Source: a virus (taxonomy: Duplodnaviria; Caudoviricetes). Taken from it: a stretch of 38,890 nt of DNA. Within the stretch, counting starts at the first letter, position 1. Each line of letters begins with the position of its first letter. Where the stretch lies: positions 1-38,890 of IMG/VR virus record IMGVR_UViG_3300007643_000272; one strand, written 5' to 3'. This document shows, one piece after another, positions 1-8,678 of this stretch. The position numbers were made by a program, and so were the translations under genes. Below the pieces are notes generated by a model, which saw only the letters and a program-made list of their open reading frames with translations, did not search any database and had not been told where the DNA came from.

Positions 1-252
1 TTATGATTTAGGCTTGCTTACTGGCAGCGTGGTTGGGTCGGTTGCTACTAGCTCGTCGCGGCCCAGCGCGGTGATGCAAATCGTGATGTTGTGAATGCGG
101 CGCCCAATAATCAATACTGGCTGGCCAAGCTCAAGGTCTGCGATCTGCGCGGCAGTGTAAATCTCTTCAACTTCCGCTTTGCTGTAAGTAGATAATGACT
201 GCTCACCGTTTGGTTCGCTGCGCATAAATACTGCTTTGCCTTCGATATACAT
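1..252 (-). CDS. hypothetical protein (moron-like, own promoter)
   Basis: ATG at 252 preceded by GAAAGGAC RBS. The longer ORF-track start at 408 runs through the promoter and is unlikely. Confidence 0.65.
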   Translation of the reverse strand: MYIEGKAVFMRSEPNGEQSLSTYSKAEVEEIYTAAQIADLELGQPVLIIGRRIHNITICITALGRDELVATDPTTLPVSKPKS

Positions 253-330
253 AATCTTTAGTCCTTTCGGTGGGGCGCTGCCCCGTTGTTGATGATTTAT
301 ATATACAGCTTTTTTCCGGCTTTGCAAGTC
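250..330 (-). promoter_or_regulatory. sigma70-like promoter + small hairpin + RBS, copy 1
   Basis: Minus strand TTGCAA-AGCCGGAAAAAAGCTG-TATATA, then a GGGGCAGCGCCCC hairpin and GAAAGGAC...ATG. Near duplicate of 1420-1497. Confidence 0.65.
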
Positions 331-417
331 GATATATGCATTATTCTGAAAAAACTTTAGGCGTCCGGATGGAGTAGCTGAAGCAGCAGGGACTCGCCTC
401 GCCCGCATCGCTTCTTC

Positions 418-1422
418 CTACTCATCGCCAAACACCTCCGCCATATCAGGATGCGCAGAACCTGCCAGCAGCATCTCAATGATCACAGTCGCTGGGCCTG
501 TCGGGCCTGTGCCCTTTTCCCACTTACGGACGGTCGAGCCGATGTCGCGCCCTTTGAGCCGCAGCAGCTTGCCCATCTCGGTCATTGATACAGGCCTGCC
601 GAGACCCCATAGGTCTCCCAACTCGCCGCGCGCGTCTCTAAGTTCTTCGCCTGTCTGGTAATAATCGTTCTCGCGCGCCATGGTCCAAGCGGCGTTAAAG
701 AGGGCCGTGTCATCGTCTAACATTCCATCGTCAGTCCACTCGGTTTCTCTTCTTAAGGCGCGCTTTATGCCTTCATCCATCGCCATATTGGCGTCGCAAT
801 AATCGTGGCTTGTGCAGTAATCTGTCCGAAGAAAATTGCCGTTTACAAATGCGGGCTTATTGGCTTCGACCACGGCAGCCATCTGTTCGGCGGTAAGCCA
901 TTCTGCGAGAACCGCTGAGAAGCTGCGCGCGACCTTCTCTACATCGGTCATGAATGGCTGAGCCTTGGCCTCTGGTGTGCCCCTCGGCACCCAGCCATGC
1001 TCAGCCGAATGCAGCTTACAAGTAAACTCATAGGTGACATATTCGATCAATATTTTGCGACGATCAGCTGCGCTTAGCGCTGCCCAGCTTTCGTCGGTGA
1101 TCTCTTTTCCGTTACAGAAAAAACTAGCCTCCATGCCGTCTTCAACTATGAGGGCGTCCTGAATAACGATAAATGCATCGTCGAGATTGGCATGTTTTGC
1201 AGCCGTGTCTAAAGCGTTTGTTATTACCCACGAGTTTGTCGTGTGGACTGGGCCATGGCTCGGCTCGTCGTCAGCGCAATAGTGAAGCTCGCCGTATACA
1301 TGCCCTTCCAATAATTCTTGCATGAATTCTTGAGCAGCTGTCAAAGGCGTATGGCCTTCGAAGGTGCCGTCCTTGCGAGTGTCGCCGGAATGTGTGTGAG
1401 ATGTGAAAACAATGTAAGTCAT
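418..1422 (-). CDS. multi-domain phage protein with C-terminal XRE-like HTH
   Basis: ATG at 1422 after GAAAGGAC. C-terminus SMTEMGKLLRLKGRDIGSTVRKWEKGTGPTGP is HTH-like; internal CTSHDYCDANMAM motif. Confidence 0.7.
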   Translation of the reverse strand: MTYIVFTSHTHSGDTRKDGTFEGHTPLTAAQEFMQELLEGHVYGELHYCADDEPSHGPVHTTNSWVITNALDTAAKHANLDDAFIVIQDALIVEDGMEASFFCNGKEITDESWAALSAADRRKILIEYVTYEFTCKLHSAEHGWVPRGTPEAKAQPFMTDVEKVARSFSAVLAEWLTAEQMAAVVEANKPAFVNGNFLRTDYCTSHDYCDANMAMDEGIKRALRRETEWTDDGMLDDDTALFNAAWTMARENDYYQTGEELRDARGELGDLWGLGRPVSMTEMGKLLRLKGRDIGSTVRKWEKGTGPTGPATVIIEMLLAGSAHPDMAEVFGDE

Positions 1423-1497
1423 AATCTTGTCCTTTCGGTTGGCCGCTGGCCTGTTTTGATGTGACCTTAATACAGCTTTTTTCCGTGCGCGCAAGTC
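1420..1497 (-). promoter_or_regulatory. sigma70-like promoter + small hairpin + RBS, copy 2
   Basis: Minus strand TTGCGC-GCACGGAAAAAAGCTG-TATTAA, GGCCAGCGGCC hairpin, GAAAGGAC RBS. Shares atacagcttttttccg (1470-1485 = 303-318) and gcaagtc at identical spacing. Confidence 0.65.
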
Positions 1498-1562
1498 CAC
1501 CGTGTACATTTTCTGCACCTCATTTGAGGTGGCAAAAATTAACATGACTGAATTCCAGGCAC

Positions 1563-1609
1563 AAAAAAAGGCCCCGGCTGGAACATCCGAAGATGAACCA
1601 GCCGGGGCC
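1563..1609 (-). terminator. intrinsic terminator ending the late operon
   Basis: 12-bp stem ggccccggctgg/ccagccggggcc followed by a 7-T run on the minus strand. Confidence 0.85.
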
Positions 1610-1661
1610 AGGGAGAGAGGAGCACCCGTGGGGTGCGAGATTTTCCAATCAGGAAAACTGG

Positions 1662-1994
1662 TTAGGTCGCGCGGCGAGCCTCCACAGCTGCACGCGCGCG
1701 GGCGAGATGTTCACGCATCTGATTACGGCGAACCTCGAAGTCTTCCTCGGTAGCGCCGCCGGCATCTTGGATCGCTCGCATATCTGCGTTGATGCCGTCC
1801 AGCGCAGCCATGTAATCGGCCGCACCGTCCAACAGAACGTCTTCACCGAACTCAAGCAAATTAGCTGCGAACCGGATCCCTTCAGCGATGGTCGCTGCCA
1901 TAGGCCCGCCGATCGGCACAAAGGTCATAACAGTCGATGCCATGCCCAGCGCTTCGGACGCGCGCGAGATAACCTGACGTGCATTGATATCCAT
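1662..1994 (-). CDS. hypothetical helical protein of the lysis region
   Basis: Starts 1 nt after the lipoprotein stop; last gene before the terminator; mildly hydrophobic N-half and charged C-terminal helix. Confidence 0.65.
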   Translation of the reverse strand: MDINARQVISRASEALGMASTVMTFVPIGGPMAATIAEGIRFAANLLEFGEDVLLDGAADYMAALDGINADMRAIQDAGGATEEDFEVRRNQMREHLARARAAVEARRAT

Positions 1995-1995
1995 C

Positions 1996-2430
1996 TTACG
2001 ATCCTCCGAACAGCGCGCGCAGGGCGGCTATTTGCTTCTCTGCCTCTGCCCACCGCGTCTTGGCATCGGTCGATGCCGCACCGATCAGGATCAGGCCGTC
2101 ACCGATATCTCCGCCGATGGCACCCTGAACGGGATCTTTATAGGCGACATAGACTTGACCGGATTGAGCCACCAGATCGCATGTAGGCTGTAGGCCCTCC
2201 ATACTGATCAGGATGGCTTCGGCGACCGTAAGCGGTGTCGATGGTGATGAAACCACATCCGCTGCGGTCTTGAGCGTTTCTTCACAGACTTCGACACCCG
2301 TCAGTATTTGGACGCCAACATCTGAGATTCCTTCGGCGGGATTGGAAGGCGCTGAGCCGAGACCAAGGCTTGAGCATGATGCGAGCAGCAGCATGGATGC
2401 GGACGAAATGACCGTCATTAGTTTATTCAT
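1996..2430 (-). CDS. lipoprotein, possible outer-membrane lysis (spanin-like) component
   Basis: Signal peptide with lipobox LLAS-C; AGGAG RBS; directly follows the endolysin. Confidence 0.65.
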   Translation of the reverse strand: MNKLMTVISSASMLLLASCSSLGLGSAPSNPAEGISDVGVQILTGVEVCEETLKTAADVVSSPSTPLTVAEAILISMEGLQPTCDLVAQSGQVYVAYKDPVQGAIGGDIGDGLILIGAASTDAKTRWAEAEKQIAALRALFGGS

Positions 2431-2451
2431 TTTAGGCTCCTGTGATTAGGT

Positions 2452-2901
2452 CTACCGATACGGCAGGCCCTTGGTGAAAGGGGTACCGGCCCCCTTCTTC
2501 TGGGTGAGTACCTGACCGCGCAAACGCGGATTGAAACTGATGTGTACGATATTACGGCTCACCTCGAGAATGACTTGATCGAACACCAATGATGATTTGA
2601 CGATCGCCTTCGCGACCGCTAGCGGCGGCATCCCGCGCACTGATATATCAGCAGCGTATCCCTTGGCATGATCGGATGTCGGCACACCGCCCACCGCTTT
2701 ATTGAGCGCCGGTGATCGATACCCGGAGGTCACGCGGATAGACTTGTCGCCAATAATCGAACGCACCTGCTCGAGGCCGAACGCGGTCAAGACCAGATTG
2801 GCTCTATGTCCCGGCCCAGGCTGATTGTTGATGCCGCGCGTCGACGCTGTCTGCGAGCGTGTAAATTCGGCTAGCGTAAAGTGTGGTGTCAGCTGGGTCA
2901 T
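2452..2901 (-). CDS. endolysin, peptidase M15 (Zn D-Ala-D-Ala peptidase fold)
   Basis: LTPHFTLAEF, VTSGYRSPALNKAVGG, SDHAKGYAADI and VHISF motifs. ATG at 2901 overlaps the upstream stop (ATGA). Confidence 0.9.
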   Translation of the reverse strand: MTQLTPHFTLAEFTRSQTASTRGINNQPGPGHRANLVLTAFGLEQVRSIIGDKSIRVTSGYRSPALNKAVGGVPTSDHAKGYAADISVRGMPPLAVAKAIVKSSLVFDQVILEVSRNIVHISFNPRLRGQVLTQKKGAGTPFTKGLPYR

Positions 2902-3119
2902 GCCGGATCTTCCGGCTTCATCTTGGCTTCCCAATTACCTTTGCGGCCCTGCGCGTCTGTGAAGTCTGCGTCCTCACCTTCGACTTGAACCTCGGTAATA
3001 ATCTTGTAGCGCTGCATCATTGGTACCGCCGCGGCGCACGAGACGCTGCGACCATCTTCTAGCTTGATGGTTACTGCTGATTTTTCAGAGTCCTGCCATT
3101 TAACAGATATCGGCGTCAT
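2898..3119 (-). CDS. small hypothetical protein, possible fibre assembly factor
   Basis: Coupled to both the tail fibre and the endolysin; function inferred from position only. Confidence 0.55.
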   Translation of the reverse strand: MTPISVKWQDSEKSAVTIKLEDGRSVSCAAAVPMMQRYKIITEVQVEGEDADFTDAQGRKGNWEAKMKPEDPA

Positions 3120-3122
3120 GGC

Positions 3123-4841
3123 CTAAGCCTCCTGAGTGCAAATCTTGAAGAATAAGAAGCCCAGCGCTGAGCCGCTGGTATTCTTAAATGTGAAGTCGGT
3201 GGTGGTCTTGGCGATGATGTCACCGACCCATGGCCCCTCCATCCGCTCGACAAAATAGTCGGTGGTGCGAGCCTCTTCTGGAAGCGCGATCACCACCTCT
3301 TCGCCGATTGCTGTTGTGGGAGATCGAAGATATTGAGCGACCGTGCCGTTATAATCATGCACGCGCGTGTTTGAGGAATAGTCGCGAACCGCCGGCTTCA
3401 TATCGCTCATAACGATCATCTGGCCTTGACCATCATAAACGAGGTTTAGCGCGCGCTGCTGGGCACCGAAGTAGAACGGCGTGGTGTCGTTCCAAATCTT
3501 ACCTCTGCGATAATCTCGCAAGTTCATGCCGTCAGGCAATTGCAGTTTTGTGCCGGAGGGCTCGCCTGCCACATAGTCAGGCCGGACGCCGGTAGGGCTA
3601 AGCTGGTTAAACCATGTGTTGCCAGCGAACTCGCCGAGGGTGCCAGGGTTTTTAAGCGTGATTGTCGAGGCGCGAACGCGGACGACCGGCGACCGATAAA
3701 TATCGAAGGTTGCGACCGCAGCGTCCTCATTATATTCGATCACCGGCGGCACCAAGCCGAGCTTGCGATCATCGGTGAAGTTACGCGTAATGCCGAACGG
3801 CAGAGGCGAGCCGCGTTGACCAAACACACCTTGCAAGAATCCATCATACAGGCGGCGGGACCGGATCGGCATTTGATCGTTATCAAAATGCGCGTTGTCC
3901 GTGGCAGTCAGGCCATTTGCAGTAACGTAAACGCTGTTCTCGTCATAGCTTGGCATGTCCGAGATAATGTCTTCCCGGTGCCAGCGACCGCCACTCGCGC
4001 GTTCAATATCTGCAAACAGGCCCTCAGACAGAATGATTGTGTCTTCGTCGATCACGTTTGCGGCCTTCAAATTGGCGACCATCTCGATACGCTCTGCCTT
4101 CGCTGAGCTGCCTGCTAGCGGGTTGCTTGAGCTCGTGCGATCAGCGCCGCCCAACGCGATCAAAAGCACGCGCAACGGGCCGAGGCCCGACGCGACGTGG
4201 CGCGCGACAAATTCATCGAAGCCCGGCTGACCAGCCTCTTTCCAAACCGCATGCTCTGAGCCTGGAATGTGGAACGTGACAGAGTCGACGCCGATCGGGT
4301 GCCGACTGACGATTTCATACGCCAGCCACGGAATGATGTGAGCGTCGACGCCGACAAAGTCGCCGAGTCCTGGTACCGGCCTGACCGACCAATCATTTAA
4401 GGTGGTATCCCAGTTGCGATAACTGTGCTTTTCAGGATCCCATGTGGGCCAGACAACACCCATGCCGCGCGAGTCCGGTGCCTCAATCTGAGACTGCCCC
4501 AGAGCGCCAATGCTGATGCGATTATTCCCGCGCGGCTGCAGACGCGGCTTCAAAAAGTCGTTCGTCTTAAGGTAAAGTTCTATCGCATCCTTAAGCAAGT
4601 CGTCGCTAGCCGGATCTTCGTCGACCTTCCCGACAAGCAAACCAGAAAGGTTCGCACCGCGAACTAGGCTTCGTTTATTCGCTAGCATGAAGTTGAGGTC
4701 TTCGGCCGTCAGAACCGTGCCGTCGCCAGCGCCCGGCGCTGAACAGTTGTCGTACCATGTGTCATCATTCGACGTGGAAGGCACGTGCGCCGGGCGCGTG
4801 GTCGTGCGTTTGGAATTTTTGACACCAAAAATATCAGTCAT
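3123..4841 (-). CDS. tail fibre/spike with SGNH (sialate O-acetylesterase-like) domain
   Basis: Follows gp48-like gene; N-terminal baseplate anchor GTVLTAEDLNFM; GALGQSQ (Ser) and TDNAHF (DxxH) motifs. Confidence 0.75.
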   Translation of the reverse strand: MTDIFGVKNSKRTTTRPAHVPSTSNDDTWYDNCSAPGAGDGTVLTAEDLNFMLANKRSLVRGANLSGLLVGKVDEDPASDDLLKDAIELYLKTNDFLKPRLQPRGNNRISIGALGQSQIEAPDSRGMGVVWPTWDPEKHSYRNWDTTLNDWSVRPVPGLGDFVGVDAHIIPWLAYEIVSRHPIGVDSVTFHIPGSEHAVWKEAGQPGFDEFVARHVASGLGPLRVLLIALGGADRTSSSNPLAGSSAKAERIEMVANLKAANVIDEDTIILSEGLFADIERASGGRWHREDIISDMPSYDENSVYVTANGLTATDNAHFDNDQMPIRSRRLYDGFLQGVFGQRGSPLPFGITRNFTDDRKLGLVPPVIEYNEDAAVATFDIYRSPVVRVRASTITLKNPGTLGEFAGNTWFNQLSPTGVRPDYVAGEPSGTKLQLPDGMNLRDYRRGKIWNDTTPFYFGAQQRALNLVYDGQGQMIVMSDMKPAVRDYSSNTRVHDYNGTVAQYLRSPTTAIGEEVVIALPEEARTTDYFVERMEGPWVGDIIAKTTTDFTFKNTSGSALGFLFFKICTQEA

Positions 4842-5437
4842 GCTAAGATGAACCTCAGTTGCATATGGGCGGGAGCTGCGCTCTCAATTAGACAGCGCAG
4901 CGGGTCAAAGATGGGAGCGCAAAGCGGCGTGCAGCCGACTTCAATGCATCCCATGTGCGAATGATCATCGAACGACGGACCATTTATCACGGTGATATCG
5001 AGGCGTCCGCGCGGCTCTTCGCACAGGGCTGTGCAGCCGACTTCAATACAGCCTGCCAGTGAATTTTCGTCAGGTGGCTCTGCGACGGTGATCTCCCAGC
5101 CATCACGCTCGGCGACTGAAACCATCCATTCAGCAGAGCCGTCGCCATTGGCGAGAACCTTTAGACAGAGGCTGTTTCCGTAGGGATCGCACTCGCTCGG
5201 CAGGCCGTATTCTTCCATCCACATATCGCGAGTAGCCGTCGCCGTGGAACAATACATTTCCTCTTCAAGCGCGCATGTCGCTTGGTGAAAATCCGCCCAG
5301 ACTTCGCATACAGAACGCCAAAACTGAGTGATGACAGAATCGGTGCCGTCTGGCAGAACGCGTGGCCAAGCGCGCCCGCGGGGCAGTAGCTGTAAGACCT
5401 GCTTCAGCAAGCTTTCACGATCATGGCACGGTTGCAT
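4838..5437 (-). CDS. baseplate wedge protein, Mu gp48/DUF2313-like
   Basis: LLPRGRAWP, WMEEYGLP and APAH motifs; synteny after the gp47-like gene. Confidence 0.85.
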   Translation of the reverse strand: MQPCHDRESLLKQVLQLLPRGRAWPRVLPDGTDSVITQFWRSVCEVWADFHQATCALEEEMYCSTATATRDMWMEEYGLPSECDPYGNSLCLKVLANGDGSAEWMVSVAERDGWEITVAEPPDENSLAGCIEVGCTALCEEPRGRLDITVINGPSFDDHSHMGCIEVGCTPLCAPIFDPLRCLIESAAPAHMQLRFILA

Positions 5438-6501
5438 CAGGTCTTACTCACGGTACCAATCACAGCAATTTCATACGGCTGTAGAATTACATCACCGGTG
5501 GGCTCCACTAGCCGATGACGGTGCTCGCCCTTAGCGTCCGCTACGGCCTGCGCAACCCACGACCGACTAATGGTGGTGCCGTCGTTCGGAAGGCTCGGAC
5601 GGCCTCGCAAGCGCAGCATGCCGGCGACTTCTGCGCGTATGGCATCCATCACCCGGCCCGTGCCAGGCGATAGACCGTCGACGACGATATCCACAACCTT
5701 CGGTATCGGAGCGCGGACGGTGATCGTTGCACCGACCGGAGCCTCCGCCTCGAGCGCTGCTTTGATGCGCGCGATGTCCGCTGCTTGCGGTATTCCGTCT
5801 GCATAGGTGTCGTCCATCATGAACATCACAAGCACAGTGCCGGGCCCGTAGGCAACACGGCTGACATATGCGCGCGTCACGCCTGCCTGCTCGCGCGTCC
5901 AGCGGATGTAATCAGATGAATTTCCGGCCGCAGGTGGATAGGCCTTACGATACAAAACGCGGGCACGGAGGCTTTCGATTGGCTCGATATCTGCGCCGCC
6001 CGCAAGACCGGCAGAGGCGACGACGGCCGTCACACCAGCGGGAGCGCCGGACAAGTCTGCGCCGCTCAGCAGGTTCACTGCATAGCCCGTTTCGACGGAA
6101 GTGACCTGCGCATCGATGATGCCCGTCGCCGGAATTTCGGTATCTTCGAGAAGTGTGTACTTCACGCCATCTGTTCTCGTGAACTCGGTACCAGCCACGA
6201 TGATCGTGCTAGCCGGTCCAGTGAAAGTCACTAGCCCGCGCGACGACGTAGCGGAGAGCCGCGTTACACCAAATTCGGCCGCATGACGCAGGAGCGCATC
6301 GGTGTTTGCTGTTGAAGCAAATATCTGTCGCTGCAGATAGTCGAGGCGCTGGTAGCTCGCATGCGTCTCAAGGGCGATTACCTTAGAGGTAGCCGCAATA
6401 TTGGAGGGCCAGAGATAAGGGTCGGAGCCCGGCAAATGTGCCTTGAAGGCTCGGCGCAGGTTCTGACCAATGGTCTCAAGCGAAGGGATGGAAATACTCA
6501 T
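5437..6501 (-). CDS. baseplate J-like protein (Mu gp47)
   Basis: LAGGADIEPIESLRARVL, GNSSDYIRW and GPGTV motifs; ATG at 6501 overlaps the gp46-like stop. Confidence 0.92.
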   Translation of the reverse strand: MSISIPSLETIGQNLRRAFKAHLPGSDPYLWPSNIAATSKVIALETHASYQRLDYLQRQIFASTANTDALLRHAAEFGVTRLSATSSRGLVTFTGPASTIIVAGTEFTRTDGVKYTLLEDTEIPATGIIDAQVTSVETGYAVNLLSGADLSGAPAGVTAVVASAGLAGGADIEPIESLRARVLYRKAYPPAAGNSSDYIRWTREQAGVTRAYVSRVAYGPGTVLVMFMMDDTYADGIPQAADIARIKAALEAEAPVGATITVRAPIPKVVDIVVDGLSPGTGRVMDAIRAEVAGMLRLRGRPSLPNDGTTISRSWVAQAVADAKGEHRHRLVEPTGDVILQPYEIAVIGTVSKT

Positions 6502-6998
6502 TCGAGGGTCTCTTTCCACACGCGATCAAATCGCTGGTCGTAAATTTTTGAGCCGCTTTGGGCATACATGACGATGCAGATTTCGAGCCGGTCTTCTATT
6601 TGATTTGCCGCCGCTTCGACTTCAATTTTCGCCGCAGCCTTCTGGCGCAGCAGAGGGCGTAGCGCCTCGTATGCGTAGCGCCTCGCGGTGCGCGCTGTCT
6701 CATTTGTCAGGATACTGCGTTCGAGCGTCCACAGCAGGCTACCCATCGGACCTTCGCCCGCGTTCGCGTCAACGTCAAAGCCGTCGCCAGGCCAGCCGCG
6801 CCGATCCAGCGGGTCATCAATGACGAGATTGTCAGGCGCACGAACGTCTGTGAAAAGGCAGAGCACGACCGCCGAGTGCAGTGCTGCGTCGGCCTTCAAA
6901 TTGCCGGCAGCGAGCGCCCAGTCTCCATAGGTGCCATGCCAGACAGTATCCCAGCCTTGACGCGGCAGATCAGGCCCTTCGTTGGCTCTCGCATACAT
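6498..6998 (-). CDS. baseplate protein, Mu gp46-like
   Basis: LHSAVVLCLFTD, RRGWPGD, GSLLWTLER and YAYEALRPL motifs. Confidence 0.9.
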   Translation of the reverse strand: MYARANEGPDLPRQGWDTVWHGTYGDWALAAGNLKADAALHSAVVLCLFTDVRAPDNLVIDDPLDRRGWPGDGFDVDANAGEGPMGSLLWTLERSILTNETARTARRYAYEALRPLLRQKAAAKIEVEAAANQIEDRLEICIVMYAQSGSKIYDQRFDRVWKETLE

Positions 6999-7630
6999 CA
7001 GACTGCTTTCACTTTGACTGCCGTTCCGCTGACAATGGTTCCACCGTTTGTCGTCACCGATCCGAGGACTGCGACAGGCTTGCCGCCCATGCCTCCGAGG
7101 TTGATATCGGCGCTTTCGATGACGACCGTTGTCGCCTTGATCGTCAGCTTACCGCATGTGATTGTGTAGCCATCAGAACCGGCATCCATCGTTGCCTCAC
7201 CTGATTTCACATCTAGCGTCGCGCCGTCGGTGTCTTGATCCCATGCTCCCGTGCGGATGGTAATCGGTTTTGATTTTGTATTGAATTCTGCTTCGTCGGG
7301 AATGAATTTAAGTATCTTGCCGTCCGCATCGTATAGAGCAGCGCCGCCTTCAGGAAGGTCTTTCGGGCGACTGTCTGCATGCTCCATCCGAACGATCACC
7401 GCCTGCTCAGACGCACCACGCATCCGCAGAGCCAGACCTTTCGAGCCGACCGGCGGATGGCTACTGAAACCATAATCCTGAAAGCGTGGCGCCGTAGCGC
7501 CCTCGCCGAGAATCTGCCCCGCGATCGCAAGCACCTCGACCAGTTGCCTTTGGCCGCTGTCATCAAAACCACTCTGCTCGACATGATCGGCAAAGGTGCG
7601 CAGGCGCTGAGCCAGCTGTCTATTCTCCAT
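6998..7630 (-). CDS. baseplate central spike, Mu gp45-like
   Basis: RFQDYGFSSHPPVGS and RPKDLPEGGAALYD motifs plus C-terminal beta-helix; ATG at 7630. Confidence 0.88.
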   Translation of the reverse strand: MENRQLAQRLRTFADHVEQSGFDDSGQRQLVEVLAIAGQILGEGATAPRFQDYGFSSHPPVGSKGLALRMRGASEQAVIVRMEHADSRPKDLPEGGAALYDADGKILKFIPDEAEFNTKSKPITIRTGAWDQDTDGATLDVKSGEATMDAGSDGYTITCGKLTIKATTVVIESADINLGGMGGKPVAVLGSVTTNGGTIVSGTAVKVKAV

Positions 7631-8678
7631 TAGGCGTGTCCCAGATTTGGTCGCTACGGGTGCGCCCCGGCTTCTCGCCGCCATGCGTTCGTGGATCGAC
7701 CAACGTCAGGTCTGCAAGCGTGCCAGACCGCTCACTTTGCGTGAACCGAACACGCTCGATAAGCATATCCTGATCAAGACGCAAAAACGGGGAACGCACA
7801 TAGATCAAACGATTTGGTTCCCATAAGTCGCCATCTTCGTCGCGCCATCGGTTGACAGTTACATCGGCGCGCGTTGCGTTCCCCGCCGCCCTACGTACCT
7901 CATGTGAGGCACGCTGCTTGCATTTCGATGAACGTGCCTCCTGGTCAATGACCAGGACTTTCGTTCGGTCAATCGGCACTGTTTCATCGATCGCCTCGCC
8001 CTTGCCGCGAAGCTCGTCGCCGAACTCGTCAACCGCTGTGCCGTGGACAATCACTTTAGAGTACCGATCAGCCCCATCAAATGTGGCGGTACCGGAGTCA
8101 ATTTTTGTGCCCGCGTCGGTGCCCATGACGAGCGCGCCAGCGTGACGCTCGGTGCCGGCCTTGGTCAGCCGAATGCCGCCGCTAGGCAACCCCATGGCCG
8201 TCAGGCCAATCGGCTGGATAGCTCGGTGGACTGCAGATAAGATCGTCTCGCCCGGATTGTGCTGAAACTTTCCAGGCAACGGGCTGAGGTCTTGATCAGT
8301 TTCAAAAGCGGTGGCTGTAGTGTTCAGCGCGTCGGCGATTTGGAGCGCTGTTCTGTTTACGAACGCACCGCCGGTATAGGTGACAAAATTGTCAATCACC
8401 TGACCGCCTTTGCTGCGTCCGCCGACGCCGACCGAGTGCGAAGATGGCGTGAAGCCCGGCTCGTAATAGTCGACATACCCGTCGAGCAGGAGGTCGCCAC
8501 CAGCCAGCACCTTGACCGGCGCGTATGGCTTGAAGACGGGCAATGCTTTGTCGGCGATTGGCTCTGTGATCGACACATGAAAGTCGCGGGCAGCGATCGT
8601 CAGGCCAGCGGTGATGGCAACCAATGTCCAACCGCGGTATGTGTTCCCATCGACCTCGACAGTGACTGCTTCAATCAT
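7620..8678 (-). CDS. baseplate hub / tail protein, Mu gpP (gp44)-like
   Basis: YRGWTLV, GRSK, PGETI, DRYS and WRDEDGDLWEPN motifs. Confidence 0.9.
   Translation of the reverse strand: MIEAVTVEVDGNTYRGWTLVAITAGLTIAARDFHVSITEPIADKALPVFKPYAPVKVLAGGDLLLDGYVDYYEPGFTPSSHSVGVGGRSKGGQVIDNFVTYTGGAFVNRTALQIADALNTTATAFETDQDLSPLPGKFQHNPGETILSAVHRAIQPIGLTAMGLPSGGIRLTKAGTERHAGALVMGTDAGTKIDSGTATFDGADRYSKVIVHGTAVDEFGDELRGKGEAIDETVPIDRTKVLVIDQEARSSKCKQRASHEVRRAAGNATRADVTVNRWRDEDGDLWEPNRLIYVRSPFLRLDQDMLIERVRFTQSERSGTLADLTLVDPRTHGGEKPGRTRSDQIWDTPNGE

Noticed and set aside
253-408. N-terminal extensions of ORFs 1..408 and 418..1545 sharing the peptide DL..RKKAV
   Set aside because: The similarity is just translation of the duplicated promoter; RBS positions support starts at 252 and 1422.
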